Part shown: positions 36,981 to 47,328 of the stretch, piece by piece | How the letters are laid out: every line of letters begins with the position of its first letter | Numbering within the stretch: position 1 is the first letter of the stretch | Origin: Candidatus Thorarchaeota archaeon | GTDB lineage: Archaea > Asgardarchaeota > Thorarchaeia > Thorarchaeales > Thorarchaeaceae | DNA length: 64,000 nucleotides | Reading direction: 5' to 3' | Assembly (NCBI GenBank): GCA_019057475.1 | Contig: DXJO01000046.1 | Span: 1 to 64,000, forward strand | The notes under the pieces: generated by a model | Told to the model about the DNA's origin: nothing | Database searches by the model: none | The model's input: only the letters and a program-made list of their open reading frames with translations | Translations under genes and position numbers: made by a program

Positions 36981-38141
36981 TTGAGCAGGAGAATGAAGGT
37001 CTTCTTTGACCAAACACAGAACGAACGTGGGAAACTAGACACAACATATTCTTCACTTGGTAGTCTTCTCACTGATAATGATCTCGACGTAGAACCATAT
37101 ACCGAATTCATGATACTAGCCAAGAGTATCAAAGAAGCAGCAGTGTTAGTCTTTGGATGCCCAAACAGCTCCAAGCTGCGACCTACAGAGATAGATGTTC
37201 TAACGCATTATGTAAAAGCTGGCGGGGGGCTGTTCCTGCTCTCACTGTCGGGCGGCGACCGGGGCCTGATGAACAATCTCAGCAAGCTGTCCAAAACCTT
37301 TGGCATTGAATTCGATAATACAGCTGTAAAGGATGAGAGAAGCAATGCCGGTTTGCCCACAATGCCGTTTATCAGTAACCTCATAGCACATCCATGCACT
37401 GAAGATGTTCAAGATATTCTATACCCGTCCGGGTGTTCACTGAAGGTGTCAGGGAAGGCAGTGGCATTAGTATCAACATCTGAAATGGCGGACCCGGCAA
37501 ATCAACCCGTAATTGCCCTCGCTGAATACGGAAAGGGGCGAGTCATCTGCTCCGGCAGCTATGAGATATTCCGAAAAGGAGGCGGGCTTAAGCATGCTGG
37601 AAATAAGACATTTGCAATCAATGCCTTAAGATGGCTCAGTGGAGATGTCAGACTAGCCAAACCAAGCAAGGTTGCCAAGGCCAAGAAAGGTATGCCCGCT
37701 GCAGAAGTTTCACCTGCAAAGCTCGACGAGATGGAGGGTGCTCTTCGAAGGCTCGTCAATGCGGTATTTGACCTGCAGAAAGACATAGGAAAAGTAGGAG
37801 AGCAAGTCACAAGAGTCGACAGCAACGTAGAGATGCTGCGCAACCAATTCCAGGATTTTGCAGAAAAAACGCAACAGCAGTTCGGAGTAATGATACCAAC
37901 CAAGCAATTCAAGACTCCAGAAGAGAATCAAGAGGTGGATTTGCAGGCGGACATCAATGCACTCCAGCGAGAAGTCAAGTCCATACAAAAGCTGAAAGAT
38001 CACATCAATCAAAGGCACTCCTCCGGAATAATGGAGAAGGAAACCTATGATGAACAAGTCAAGAAACTCGATACTCGCCTGCAGAACTTGAAGAAGCATC
38101 TAAAAGCGAAGAAGAAAGAACTCAAGGATCTCGGGCAGTAG
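36981..38141 (+). CDS. Cytoplasmic GIFT (IFT52/DUF4350-like) domain protein with C-terminal coiled coils
   Basis: VFFDQT.NE, YVKAGGGL, GGD...NL..L...FGI, YPSGCSL.V, GRV...GS..IF, N..F..N...WL; no signal peptide. Confidence 0.75.
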   Translation: MSRRMKVFFDQTQNERGKLDTTYSSLGSLLTDNDLDVEPYTEFMILAKSIKEAAVLVFGCPNSSKLRPTEIDVLTHYVKAGGGLFLLSLSGGDRGLMNNLSKLSKTFGIEFDNTAVKDERSNAGLPTMPFISNLIAHPCTEDVQDILYPSGCSLKVSGKAVALVSTSEMADPANQPVIALAEYGKGRVICSGSYEIFRKGGGLKHAGNKTFAINALRWLSGDVRLAKPSKVAKAKKGMPAAEVSPAKLDEMEGALRRLVNAVFDLQKDIGKVGEQVTRVDSNVEMLRNQFQDFAEKTQQQFGVMIPTKQFKTPEENQEVDLQADINALQREVKSIQKLKDHINQRHSSGIMEKETYDEQVKKLDTRLQNLKKHLKAKKKELKDLGQ

Positions 38142-38144
38142 GTT

Positions 38145-39764
38145 TCACGCGTTATCTGCGGAATGCTCATTGATCTGTTCTTCATCCAGATAGTAATCAA
38201 AGGTAGCGAATATTCCGCTGTGAATCGCGGTAAGGTTTTTCTCGATGTCTTTGAGAACAAACAAAGCACGTGGTAGTCGACCACTGGACTGCTTGGCAAG
38301 GTATCTCCCAGGAGCCTTAACAAAGGACCAGAACGTGCCAATCTTATCAGCAAGGCCGTAGCCAACAAGAATTAGGATGACGCTGAAGAGGTAGATGTTT
38401 CGGGGAGGGATGAGTATCATAAGACTGAGAGCAATCGGCAGCCAAAGCATGGACAGTGAGAATGGTACTGTTTCGTCACGATTTGTGACCATCTGCGCAG
38501 ACGAGAATATAGAGAAGAAGGGAGCAAATAGAGTGAAGTAGTACTTGTAAACGCCGCGAGGACCTGTTAGATGAACCCAGAGCATCATTATCATTGTGAG
38601 CAACAGTAGACGACGAAGATAGAAACTCTTCTTGTCACCATCCTTCTTCTGGAGGAACATGAAGCCAGCAATAAGAGTCACACCGAACCAGAGTAAGAAG
38701 CCGTAGTATACAAGCCCATCAAGTATCTGTGCAAGCACGGGCATGCCTACAACTACCGCCAGAATCTGAAGCCGCATCGGACTTCCATAGCCAGGAGGGT
38801 CTGTCAGTGATACGAGAGGAAAGCCTCCCATGGCCAAACGTATATTGACCAACATATTTGGCTGCGCTAAGAAGAATGGGAAGATGATAGCTCCAGCAAA
38901 GGCGAAGACGATTAGGACGCTAATCATGAACTGGCGAATGTCAAGGGGCTCCGCAATACGTTTCAAGAACCCCTTCGCTCTCTCTGCAGTAGATGTTATT
39001 ATCCTAGAGGAATACTGCGTTCTTAAAATCAAGTAAATGACAAGCGGAATACCCAAGAACCACGCAATCTGTTTGAATAGTGCTCCTGTCACAATGAGTA
39101 GCGTTGCAGCATCACGCTTACCCTTGGTGAGCATGTAGAAGCCTGAGAAAAAGAAGAAGATGAACGGTGCTGTGTTCAGCCACACAAAGGTGGTATGGTA
39201 CAGAACATTCGGATTCATGAGGTAGGTGAAAGCTGCGGCTTCGCCAACTCGTCTGTTACCTGACAGCTGCTTGGCAATTCCATATACCGGCAAAGCAGTG
39301 AAATATCCAAAGATTGCGAGAAGAAGACCAATTCCCCAACCATCCACCGGAATCATAAGACCGATAGCATACAAAATGGCAGTGAGTGGAGGGAAGATGT
39401 AAGCTCCATTCTCATTGACAAATCCATCTAGTTCAATATATCCGAACCCGGGGCTGTAGGGCATCACGCCTCTGAGCATATTGTTGCCCCAATGAAAGTA
39501 GTAGAACGAATAGTCCGTGTAGCCCTCGAATTGGTACACCAAAGTGTAGCCGAAAAGGTCGAGCTCTCCGTTTCCGAGCCAGACACCACGAAACCTCCAG
39601 AAACTGGAGCTGGTGAAGTCAACTACGGCGGCATGAAAAACCTGATTCCAAACAAGAGCAGCAAAACAAAGAATGAGTATCAAGACTGCATTCTCAAACA
39701 GGAAACGTAGTCCACGCACTGCCCATGAGAATAGAAACCGTTCAGCTCGTTTGGCAATGCGCAT
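38145..39764 (-). CDS. GT-C membrane glycosyltransferase (GT87/PIG-M-like)
   Basis: YTDY, G.MPY, YIFPPL, YLMNP, KQ; more than 10 TM helices. Confidence 0.75.
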   Translation of the reverse strand: MRIAKRAERFLFSWAVRGLRFLFENAVLILILCFAALVWNQVFHAAVVDFTSSSFWRFRGVWLGNGELDLFGYTLVYQFEGYTDYSFYYFHWGNNMLRGVMPYSPGFGYIELDGFVNENGAYIFPPLTAILYAIGLMIPVDGWGIGLLLAIFGYFTALPVYGIAKQLSGNRRVGEAAAFTYLMNPNVLYHTTFVWLNTAPFIFFFFSGFYMLTKGKRDAATLLIVTGALFKQIAWFLGIPLVIYLILRTQYSSRIITSTAERAKGFLKRIAEPLDIRQFMISVLIVFAFAGAIIFPFFLAQPNMLVNIRLAMGGFPLVSLTDPPGYGSPMRLQILAVVVGMPVLAQILDGLVYYGFLLWFGVTLIAGFMFLQKKDGDKKSFYLRRLLLLTMIMMLWVHLTGPRGVYKYYFTLFAPFFSIFSSAQMVTNRDETVPFSLSMLWLPIALSLMILIPPRNIYLFSVILILVGYGLADKIGTFWSFVKAPGRYLAKQSSGRLPRALFVLKDIEKNLTAIHSGIFATFDYYLDEEQINEHSADNA

Positions 39765-39839
39765 GATGTAAAGGCTGGCAGAACCTCTGAATAATGTTTG
39801 TGATTAGAGAGAGAACCAGGTCATGGACCAAGCGTATCG

Positions 39840-41927
39840 CTACATGAGAAGTTTCGCAGTGGCAGATGATCTACTCTTAGAAACCTCGATGGTTGGTACA
39901 CTATCCCAGCCTTGAATGTCTGTGTGAGTTATCAGCAAAATTTGTTCGAAGCTCTGATCGTTCACCAAGTTACTAACAACAGAGGCCCTGCGGTTCTTGT
40001 CAAGGCCTCCAAGCGGTTCGTCAAGCATAACGCATCGAATCCGGGGAGCAAGCGAGGGACTGTCCCTTAGCGGCCGAATGGAGCTCATCGTTCTACTAAT
40101 TCCTAGACGAAGTCCTAGGCTAACGGCAGTTCTGTCACCAAAGCTCAGTTGTGTTGTTTTCTTCGTGGCATTGTCTCGCTGGTCGTGTATCTTCAATGCC
40201 AATCCCGCGCCAGAGCGCCCTCTCGCAGCTGTCGGAACTAGATCAATTCCAGTATATTGATTGTTTGTAAACGCGCGAACGTATTCGTTCGTAGCACCCC
40301 TGATAATACCCAACAGCCGCTTTTGCACCACGTAATCAGCCACAAAGCTGCTAACTAGTTTTAATCTAACATACTTGGTATGCTCATTCAGACTCCTCAA
40401 CGAATCCATCTCTGCACCAAGCTCACGCATCTTCACGGATCTGGCTTCTAATTCCCTTATGGCGCCTTGCTCCCTGTCGATGAGTTTTCTGAAGGAGTCG
40501 CATTGGCTCACGATTTCACCGAGCTTTGTGGAGAGTACATCAAGCCTTCGCTGAAGATTAAGGACACTCTTCCCTCCATGCTTCTTGAGGAGCGACTCAA
40601 TGTCAGTCACCCCAGCCTTCTTGATAGCGTCCAAGAGCTTCGCCTGCTGCTTCTCAAGGCGTTTCTCGGCTTTATCAACATCCTTCTGTTTCTCTTTGAT
40701 ACGGCACACTGCATCATACGCCTTGGAAATATCAGATAAGTGCTCCTCGACACCACGGAGCTCATCTGACACCTCCACACGACGACCCTTGAATGTCTTG
40801 GCCTTTTCTTCGTCCTGTTTCAGTACCTGCCTGTATTTCACTAGCAGATTCTCGCGCTCTTCGACGGAAAGGGGCTTTGCGCAGGTTGGACATTCAGCGA
40901 CGCCTGAATCGTCATCTACAGAAACACCTTCAAGAGTCACGACCTTCTCACTGAGGTCCGTCTTGGTCGCATCGATTGCTCCTAGCTCGCGGTCAACTTC
41001 GGTTGTTTCTGTTTCGAGTTTCTTGCGACTGGACTCGTATCGCTTGGCTTCTTTCTTGAGAATTTTCAGACGTGCCTGCACAACTTCAGTTTCAGCCAAT
41101 GAAAGACCAGCATCTGCAAGGTCAGAGTCCCGATAACGAATGCTTGAGTTATGGTCGCGCTCTATTCTCTCGACTTCTTGAGTTAGGGCGTGTATTGCCT
41201 CAAGACCTTCAGGATCAGGCATTTCCTTCAGATGGTCCTTGATCTCCCCGGCTTCGGCTTCGTTGCTTTTGAAACTGCGTTCATAATCCTCGATTCTTAT
41301 CTTTGTATCATTGATCTGTTCCGCGATATGCTCAGGACGAATGTAATCGTCTTCAAGCCCTCTAATCTGGGCTTCAAGGTCCAACTCGAAGCTCTTCAGA
41401 TGGTCTGACATCTTGTCCAATAGCTCGATGTTGTATATCCTCACTATGAGGTTTCTTAGCACGGTGGGAGTAGCATTGGCGATTAGAGCCACTTCCCCCT
41501 GGCGGACCAGCAACGTGTTCAAGGCTTGCTGCAGATCAAGATTCAGAATCTGCATGAGCTCATTGCTCACAGATTTGCTCTTATCAGCAAGACGCTTCCA
41601 TGCATCCCCCGTCCGTGTGTACAAAACAACAGCCATTCCTTTGGCTGAACTATAGGACCGGTCCATTTTATACTGAGTCCCAGCAACCTCGAAGACTAAG
41701 ATCGCCTTGCACCAAGTTGATGTGAAACTGACGAGCTCATCATTGGTAAGACCAACAGCATCAGGCCCCCACAGAGCCCATAGTATTCCTTCGAATATTG
41801 AAGACTTCCCAGTCGAGTTCGGACCCCTGATGAGTATCAGTCCTCCAGGCAGTTCGCCCTCTCCCTCAGGGAGCTCGAGGTTTCGAAATGGCTTGAAGTT
41901 CTTCAATTCGAGACGAAGTAGTTTCAC
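39840..41927 (-). CDS. rad50: Rad50 ATPase
   Basis: GPNSTGKSS, RQGE, Zn hook CPTC, LSFGD, LDEP, ITH. Confidence 0.92.
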   Translation of the reverse strand: MKLLRLELKNFKPFRNLELPEGEGELPGGLILIRGPNSTGKSSIFEGILWALWGPDAVGLTNDELVSFTSTWCKAILVFEVAGTQYKMDRSYSSAKGMAVVLYTRTGDAWKRLADKSKSVSNELMQILNLDLQQALNTLLVRQGEVALIANATPTVLRNLIVRIYNIELLDKMSDHLKSFELDLEAQIRGLEDDYIRPEHIAEQINDTKIRIEDYERSFKSNEAEAGEIKDHLKEMPDPEGLEAIHALTQEVERIERDHNSSIRYRDSDLADAGLSLAETEVVQARLKILKKEAKRYESSRKKLETETTEVDRELGAIDATKTDLSEKVVTLEGVSVDDDSGVAECPTCAKPLSVEERENLLVKYRQVLKQDEEKAKTFKGRRVEVSDELRGVEEHLSDISKAYDAVCRIKEKQKDVDKAEKRLEKQQAKLLDAIKKAGVTDIESLLKKHGGKSVLNLQRRLDVLSTKLGEIVSQCDSFRKLIDREQGAIRELEARSVKMRELGAEMDSLRSLNEHTKYVRLKLVSSFVADYVVQKRLLGIIRGATNEYVRAFTNNQYTGIDLVPTAARGRSGAGLALKIHDQRDNATKKTTQLSFGDRTAVSLGLRLGISRTMSSIRPLRDSPSLAPRIRCVMLDEPLGGLDKNRRASVVSNLVNDQSFEQILLITHTDIQGWDSVPTIEVSKSRSSATAKLLM

Positions 41928-43234
41928 CTGGATTCCTCCTTCGAAATCGTATCCAGAGTGAGCTTCTCCCCACTGCGTCCAACTGTAATCTCAAGAGCAC
42001 GTACTGCAATTCGAGTTAGTGTTTCAGGGTCGTACTTCTCGTCGAGTGATAGCGTTTCTAGATAAGTCTTGAAATCCTCCTCGGGATCTTCGATAAGATA
42101 CTCGGATTCGATCTCAGGGTATGCTGCTTCATCATGGTCGGTTTCGCGATGCCTTATTGTCCATACAAGCTGTACGATGTTGTACTCGGAGTCCTGTGAT
42201 AAGACCTTCATGCGAAATGATTCCATTGCGAGGCTAAGGTCGAACCCACTGATTCTCGAAGACCCACCTTTGAAGACTAGTCGCACTCGTGCGGCAGTAG
42301 CCGAATCCCACTGTCCCTTCAGATTCTTCTCGTCGAACAATGATTCCATCCTTTGAACGATTGATTCAACTGTATCATCGGCCTCTATTGCAATCTTCTC
42401 GGTGTAAACAGGCCGTGCAAAATCAATGTGGTGCGGAGTGACTATCGGAGCCGTTCCACGCTCAATGTCAACTACAAGGAATCCTTTCTCATGTCGAATT
42501 TCATCAAACCTCCACCGCTCTGGAGAACCAGCGTACCACGCATTCTTTGCATGCTTGTGCTGATGGTGGTCGTGACCTAATGCGATGTAGTCATATCCCA
42601 TGCTGAAGATGGCTGGTTGAAGGCTACGATCAAGGTCCATTCCGTGTGCCACTGCAATAGATGGACGGTCAGAATCCGGAAGCTGGTGGGTTGTGATCCA
42701 GTCGTTGAAGGTGGTTACTGCGCCAGCAGATTCGAGAACGTTGTACTCAATGAAAGGAAAACAATAGACATTCAGTTTCTCGTATGAACGCACGAGTGGT
42801 TTTCCTTCCCGGAGTGCAAGTTTCAGCTCCTGTTGGGTCGCCACATCCAGACCGGGAATTGCCATCTTCAAGCTATCAAGAAATGACACCTCAAGATTCC
42901 GGTATATGCCATGATTGCCCTCCAGTATCAGAACAGGAATGCTGGTTTTCTCAATGAATTTCTTCAGCACAGTAATGACTGTTTCTCTCGCAACAACAGG
43001 AGGTTGAGTGGGGTTGTACTCCCAAGGTTGATCATAGAGGTCCCCAGAATGAACCACGATATCAACTGGCGGATCGAGCTCGGCTATCCTGGTAAACAGC
43101 TCTGAGAAACGCTCGTAGAAGTCGTTCTCGAGGACTCTGGTGCGCATCTCAACTGCCCAGACATTATGTCTCACACCTTCCCGGGGCTTCGTGCCAAGAT
43201 GGGTGTCAGAAATATGCGCAACTCTTACAGTCAT
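41924..43234 (-). CDS. mre11: Mre11 nuclease
   Basis: HISDTHLG, SGDLYD, GNH, ALGHDH, YAGSPE. Confidence 0.92.
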   Translation of the reverse strand: MTVRVAHISDTHLGTKPREGVRHNVWAVEMRTRVLENDFYERFSELFTRIAELDPPVDIVVHSGDLYDQPWEYNPTQPPVVARETVITVLKKFIEKTSIPVLILEGNHGIYRNLEVSFLDSLKMAIPGLDVATQQELKLALREGKPLVRSYEKLNVYCFPFIEYNVLESAGAVTTFNDWITTHQLPDSDRPSIAVAHGMDLDRSLQPAIFSMGYDYIALGHDHHQHKHAKNAWYAGSPERWRFDEIRHEKGFLVVDIERGTAPIVTPHHIDFARPVYTEKIAIEADDTVESIVQRMESLFDEKNLKGQWDSATAARVRLVFKGGSSRISGFDLSLAMESFRMKVLSQDSEYNIVQLVWTIRHRETDHDEAAYPEIESEYLIEDPEEDFKTYLETLSLDEKYDPETLTRIAVRALEITVGRSGEKLTLDTISKEESR

Positions 43235-43245
43235 CGCTCTATTCC

Positions 43246-45018
43246 TCAGAGAATGTGTTTCTCACGCTTCTTGCTGGACCTCTTACTCTTGTACTTGTCC
43301 TTATCGCGTTCGAAGATAGTATCAAACAACGGAATCTTGACAGGTAATGGCAGCTCTCGATATGAGGCTGTCAGCAATGCCTCTCCTCGTGACATCACTC
43401 GGAACTCATTCTCAAATCCAGAGATGTTGACACTTGCGTTATCGATGCATGACCTAATCTCACGTTCATTTCCCATCCGCAGGTTAATTTCCGTGTTCAT
43501 CTGACTGAGAATCACATTGTCAAGTACGCTCACTTGTTGACTTACAACCAGGAGTCCGATATTGAACTTCCGTCCTTGCCTTGAGATATCCTTGAATACC
43601 GACCGTCCCTTCATGAGTTCTGGATTGAGGATTGAAGGAGCTTCCTCTACTGTAATCTGAATGACCGGTAAATTACGCGGATCTTTCACCTCAGCAGAGT
43701 CACTTGTCCCTCCACGCCCATAGAAACCCCGGGCCATTTTCTTGACTCGATTGAAGAAGGGATTTGGTAGTCGCATCTTACCTTGCGTTTCGAAATCTCC
43801 TAGGTTACCACTACTCTTCACAGCTCGCCTCATGTCAGACAAGGTCCGGGTAACCACGGTTGTCAGGAGGAATTGCTCAGTGTCACTCATCAGGCTTGTA
43901 TTCACGACTAGAACACGGCCAGTTTCCATCGCCTCATAGATGGCATCAAGAACCGATGTCCCGTCCTTGATGAATATTGGAGAACGCTCCAGGAATCGGA
44001 GCCTCCGCTGGACCGCTTTCATTGTCCCCTTGGGTGTAGACGTCCCCTCAGGTTCGTCCTTCATTTCAAGTATCTCAGCGATCCAGTTCTGGTGCTTGGA
44101 CGCATACGTGGCATCAATGAATGAGTTCATCTGGGGGGTGAATTCAGTGATAGAGTACAAATCCCGAGGTTGAATCTCATCCCACTTAATCCTGATTTCC
44201 TTGGCGTACTTCTTTACCTCCCGCGGCGTGGCTCTCAAGTGGGTTGTCAGGTAGTAGAAGGTTCCCAAAACCTCTGATCTAATCGTCGGACTCATGGCTT
44301 CGACTATGTGGTGGATTCCGTATTTGTCTACACCCTTAGCGAATTCATCATGCGGGTCGATACAGAAGGCAGATATCCGAAGCACGTCGCTATCAGGATT
44401 TGTGCTAGCCTCGATATTGGTGTCAATCAATGACTTGATGAGAACCATCATGAGATTGCTCTTTCCAGATCCTGTTGAACCAAATATCCCAACGTGCATG
44501 GGCAGGAACTTGGAAGGAATCATCACAGGCACATCAAGAGTTGCTTCGCCTACTTGGAGGTCTCCGACATACATCTCACCGTCGGTCTGAGATTCAAGCA
44601 TCATCCGGACTACTGAGTCTGATATTCCGCGCACTGGTCTGTAGACAGACGCAAGATGATCGGGCAACCGGCGTGGAGAACGAAACACCCACTCATTATC
44701 AATTTGCTCTGCGTAGCCAAGCATTCGGCCCTGCACGTCCAGAAGCATGTTGCGTTCGATTCCAGAGAGATACGCGTCGCCTTCCACCATGAGTGTGCCA
44801 GCAACGCGGCTCATGTCATCTACTTGTCTCAGATAGTTTTGGAGGCCTAGAACCCGGAAGAAAAAGACCCTTTCATGACCATCACGCTCGGAAGTGATCA
44901 TGAATATCTCGCCTACACTAATGTCGCGATTGTTTCCCATTATCTCTAGGTTAGTCTGGTTACCCACACCGACTTTTCCGAATAGCTCGCCTAGGTTGTC
45001 TTTGTTGAACACCATCAT
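43246..45018 (-). CDS. herA: HerA helicase/translocase
   Basis: H.GIFGSTGSGKSN, DPHDEF, VEEA, RQGRKF, SQQ, SQMNT. Confidence 0.93.
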   Translation of the reverse strand: MMVFNKDNLGELFGKVGVGNQTNLEIMGNNRDISVGEIFMITSERDGHERVFFFRVLGLQNYLRQVDDMSRVAGTLMVEGDAYLSGIERNMLLDVQGRMLGYAEQIDNEWVFRSPRRLPDHLASVYRPVRGISDSVVRMMLESQTDGEMYVGDLQVGEATLDVPVMIPSKFLPMHVGIFGSTGSGKSNLMMVLIKSLIDTNIEASTNPDSDVLRISAFCIDPHDEFAKGVDKYGIHHIVEAMSPTIRSEVLGTFYYLTTHLRATPREVKKYAKEIRIKWDEIQPRDLYSITEFTPQMNSFIDATYASKHQNWIAEILEMKDEPEGTSTPKGTMKAVQRRLRFLERSPIFIKDGTSVLDAIYEAMETGRVLVVNTSLMSDTEQFLLTTVVTRTLSDMRRAVKSSGNLGDFETQGKMRLPNPFFNRVKKMARGFYGRGGTSDSAEVKDPRNLPVIQITVEEAPSILNPELMKGRSVFKDISRQGRKFNIGLLVVSQQVSVLDNVILSQMNTEINLRMGNEREIRSCIDNASVNISGFENEFRVMSRGEALLTASYRELPLPVKIPLFDTIFERDKDKYKSKRSSKKREKHIL

Positions 45019-45031
45019 CTATCATCTCATG

Positions 45032-46327
45032 TCAAAGGTTGTAGTCTTCCCGAAGAGGAAGTGCCCTCCGGGGGTCGTGATTAGTTGCACGCAGTACGTC
45101 CCGGTATACTTCACGTGCTAGCCCAAGGTCCTCATAACTGAGCTTACATGCCTCGTGGGCGAGAGCTAATGCCACAGGATAGCCATACCATCTTGCGTCC
45201 CTAGACATGAACTCTAGGTCACGAAAGATCTGTTTCTCATTCGCCCTTGTTGCCGCGGGGTCGCCACGTACGAAGATGTTCTTGAGCCACCAAACCCGAT
45301 CGAAATCGATTCGCGAAGGCCTGTTGTCTCGTGAGAAGCTAAACAGGTATGGCACCGCAAGCTTTGGCGGTAGGTACGTTCTGTCACTGATGATGTGGAG
45401 CCCTCCATTCGGATCGTTCTTTGATGGTAGCAAACAGAACCATTTCGCCTTCGCGCCGAATATGTCTTCTGCCATTTTCGCAATCCTATGTGCAAATGGT
45501 ATTGTGTGATTCTTGCTCACAGCACAGAGAATGGCTTCTTTGTTCCGTGCCAGAGCACAGAGCTCTCTCAGCATGAATCCGCTCGGCATCGAGGGATACT
45601 TGAGAACATGGTGTATGAAGATACTCATTGCACCATCGATAAGGATGAACTTCGGCTTGAACTTGCTAGTCAGCACTTTTCTGATAGCGGCATATTCTGA
45701 CACCGTTCTGAGTTCATCATGGACCACGGGGTTGGTGAGGTATCCGGCCCTTGATATGAGGGAAACCATGTTCTCCAGTTTGGATTTGTAGCGGGCAAAG
45801 TCAGTGCTATCCAAGTCAGAGAACGATTTCACTTGAGGCCCCAAATTATCTCGGAAGAATTGTGTCACGAAGTCAGTTGAATCCTTGTTGGGATAGATGT
45901 TCGTCAAACTGTCGGCCATCTTGTTCTTTGCATCGTGACGTACACCGGAGTGCCAATGCATATCGAGAGAGGGCTGTGCTCCAAGTTCAGATTCCAAAGC
46001 CGCTCGTTCCATTATCGAAAATGGGGGACCTTTCTGTGTGTTAGTGTCAAGTATCACGGTTGCAGTGCTTAGCAGGTGGATGCGAATGTCATCCAGCGTG
46101 CCAAAGTTCTCAGTCCCAGATCCGTCAACAGCTGCAACGAGGAAGTCCTCATCGAGTACAATATCAGCGGAGTAAGACTCCACTGTATCCAGGAGGTCCT
46201 CCTTGATTCTCACCTCGTCTTTTGCGAACTCTTCTTCATCTCGACGGTCTTGTTGGTTCCGAATGTCTTCAAGAACCGTTTTCAATAGTTTCCTGAACTT
46301 ATCGGTGAGTATCTTCTCGAGCATCAA
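45032..46327 (-). CDS. nurA: NurA nuclease
   Basis: AAVDGS, LIDG, VSK, GYP..L.LAH. Confidence 0.9.
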   Translation of the reverse strand: MMLEKILTDKFRKLLKTVLEDIRNQQDRRDEEEFAKDEVRIKEDLLDTVESYSADIVLDEDFLVAAVDGSGTENFGTLDDIRIHLLSTATVILDTNTQKGPPFSIMERAALESELGAQPSLDMHWHSGVRHDAKNKMADSLTNIYPNKDSTDFVTQFFRDNLGPQVKSFSDLDSTDFARYKSKLENMVSLISRAGYLTNPVVHDELRTVSEYAAIRKVLTSKFKPKFILIDGAMSIFIHHVLKYPSMPSGFMLRELCALARNKEAILCAVSKNHTIPFAHRIAKMAEDIFGAKAKWFCLLPSKNDPNGGLHIISDRTYLPPKLAVPYLFSFSRDNRPSRIDFDRVWWLKNIFVRGDPAATRANEKQIFRDLEFMSRDARWYGYPVALALAHEACKLSYEDLGLAREVYRDVLRATNHDPRRALPLREDYNL

Positions 46328-46572
46328 ACCCCTCTTTTCAGATTAGCAAACAAGCATTCAAACGACTGCCACCGTTCAGTGTGGATGCAATCATAAAAAG
46401 ATAGCACTCGGAACGCATGAGTCAATGATGGCAATACCTGCGTAATATCACCAGTAGTAAATACTGAAATCTGCTTGTGCGAAATTATCTTTTAAGGACA
46501 CACCACAACGAGTCCTCTGTAGCAAGTATTCTGACTAAATGGTAACTTAGCGAAGCGACGGGAAGTGCTTGA

Positions 46573-47268
46573 TTGCTGAAACTCACATACTTCGGCCACA
46601 CTACATTCGTACTGGAGTCAAAGGACGTCACACTCCTGCTGAACCCAGGGATTTGGAATGGCGAACCCGTTGTACCTGTAGACGTTGACGTGAGAATCAT
46701 TGTGGCGACAAACCGTGACGATGACTCTGTGGGAAATGCCGCTGAAATTGCGGCCAACGCCAAGGCTTGGTTCCTGGGAAACGAGGAAACAGTCGAGAAG
46801 GTCAGATCTCAGGGCGGGAAATCTTGGTTGCTTCATACACTCAAGGTTGAAGGAACCTATGAAATCCCTGGCCTGAAGATTAGTGCATACCCCCTTCAGA
46901 AGAAGGACCCCACGTCTGGTGAGAGGTACGAGAACCTTGGACTCTACATCGAGATGGGCGGCATGAAGGTCGGCTATCTTGGTGATAGTGCAGTGCAAGG
47001 CCCATTCGGTGAATTCGAGATGGATGTTCTCATTGTTCCAATAGGGGGCGGAGAGGTGTTTGAGGTGAAAGACGCAGTCAGTCTGTGCTTGGACGCCAAA
47101 CCCAGGATTGGTATCCCTGTAAGGTGGACTTCGCCAGATCAACCATCGAACTTCGCGAAGTATGTATCCCAATTCGGACAAGGAGTCATACCCGTAGTCA
47201 TGGAGCACGACCAAGTCTTAGAGATTCACTGGGCTGCGGGCAACGAGTTTAGACATACACTATCCTAG
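46573..47268 (+). CDS. UPF0173-like MBL-fold protein with degenerate metal site
   Basis: YFGH..F, GDS, PIGG, P...IP..W; HxHxDH replaced by NRDDDS. Confidence 0.75.
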   Translation: MLKLTYFGHTTFVLESKDVTLLLNPGIWNGEPVVPVDVDVRIIVATNRDDDSVGNAAEIAANAKAWFLGNEETVEKVRSQGGKSWLLHTLKVEGTYEIPGLKISAYPLQKKDPTSGERYENLGLYIEMGGMKVGYLGDSAVQGPFGEFEMDVLIVPIGGGEVFEVKDAVSLCLDAKPRIGIPVRWTSPDQPSNFAKYVSQFGQGVIPVVMEHDQVLEIHWAAGNEFRHTLS

Positions 47269-47328
47269 TCCATTCGCTGAGCTGCTCTTTGAGCAGAATA
47301 CGCACTCGAGAGGTTAAGAGAAAGATAA

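Noticed and set aside
39840-46327. HerA/nuclease/SMC cluster as an anti-phage system
   Set aside because: Matches the standard archaeal nurA-herA-mre11-rad50 repair operon
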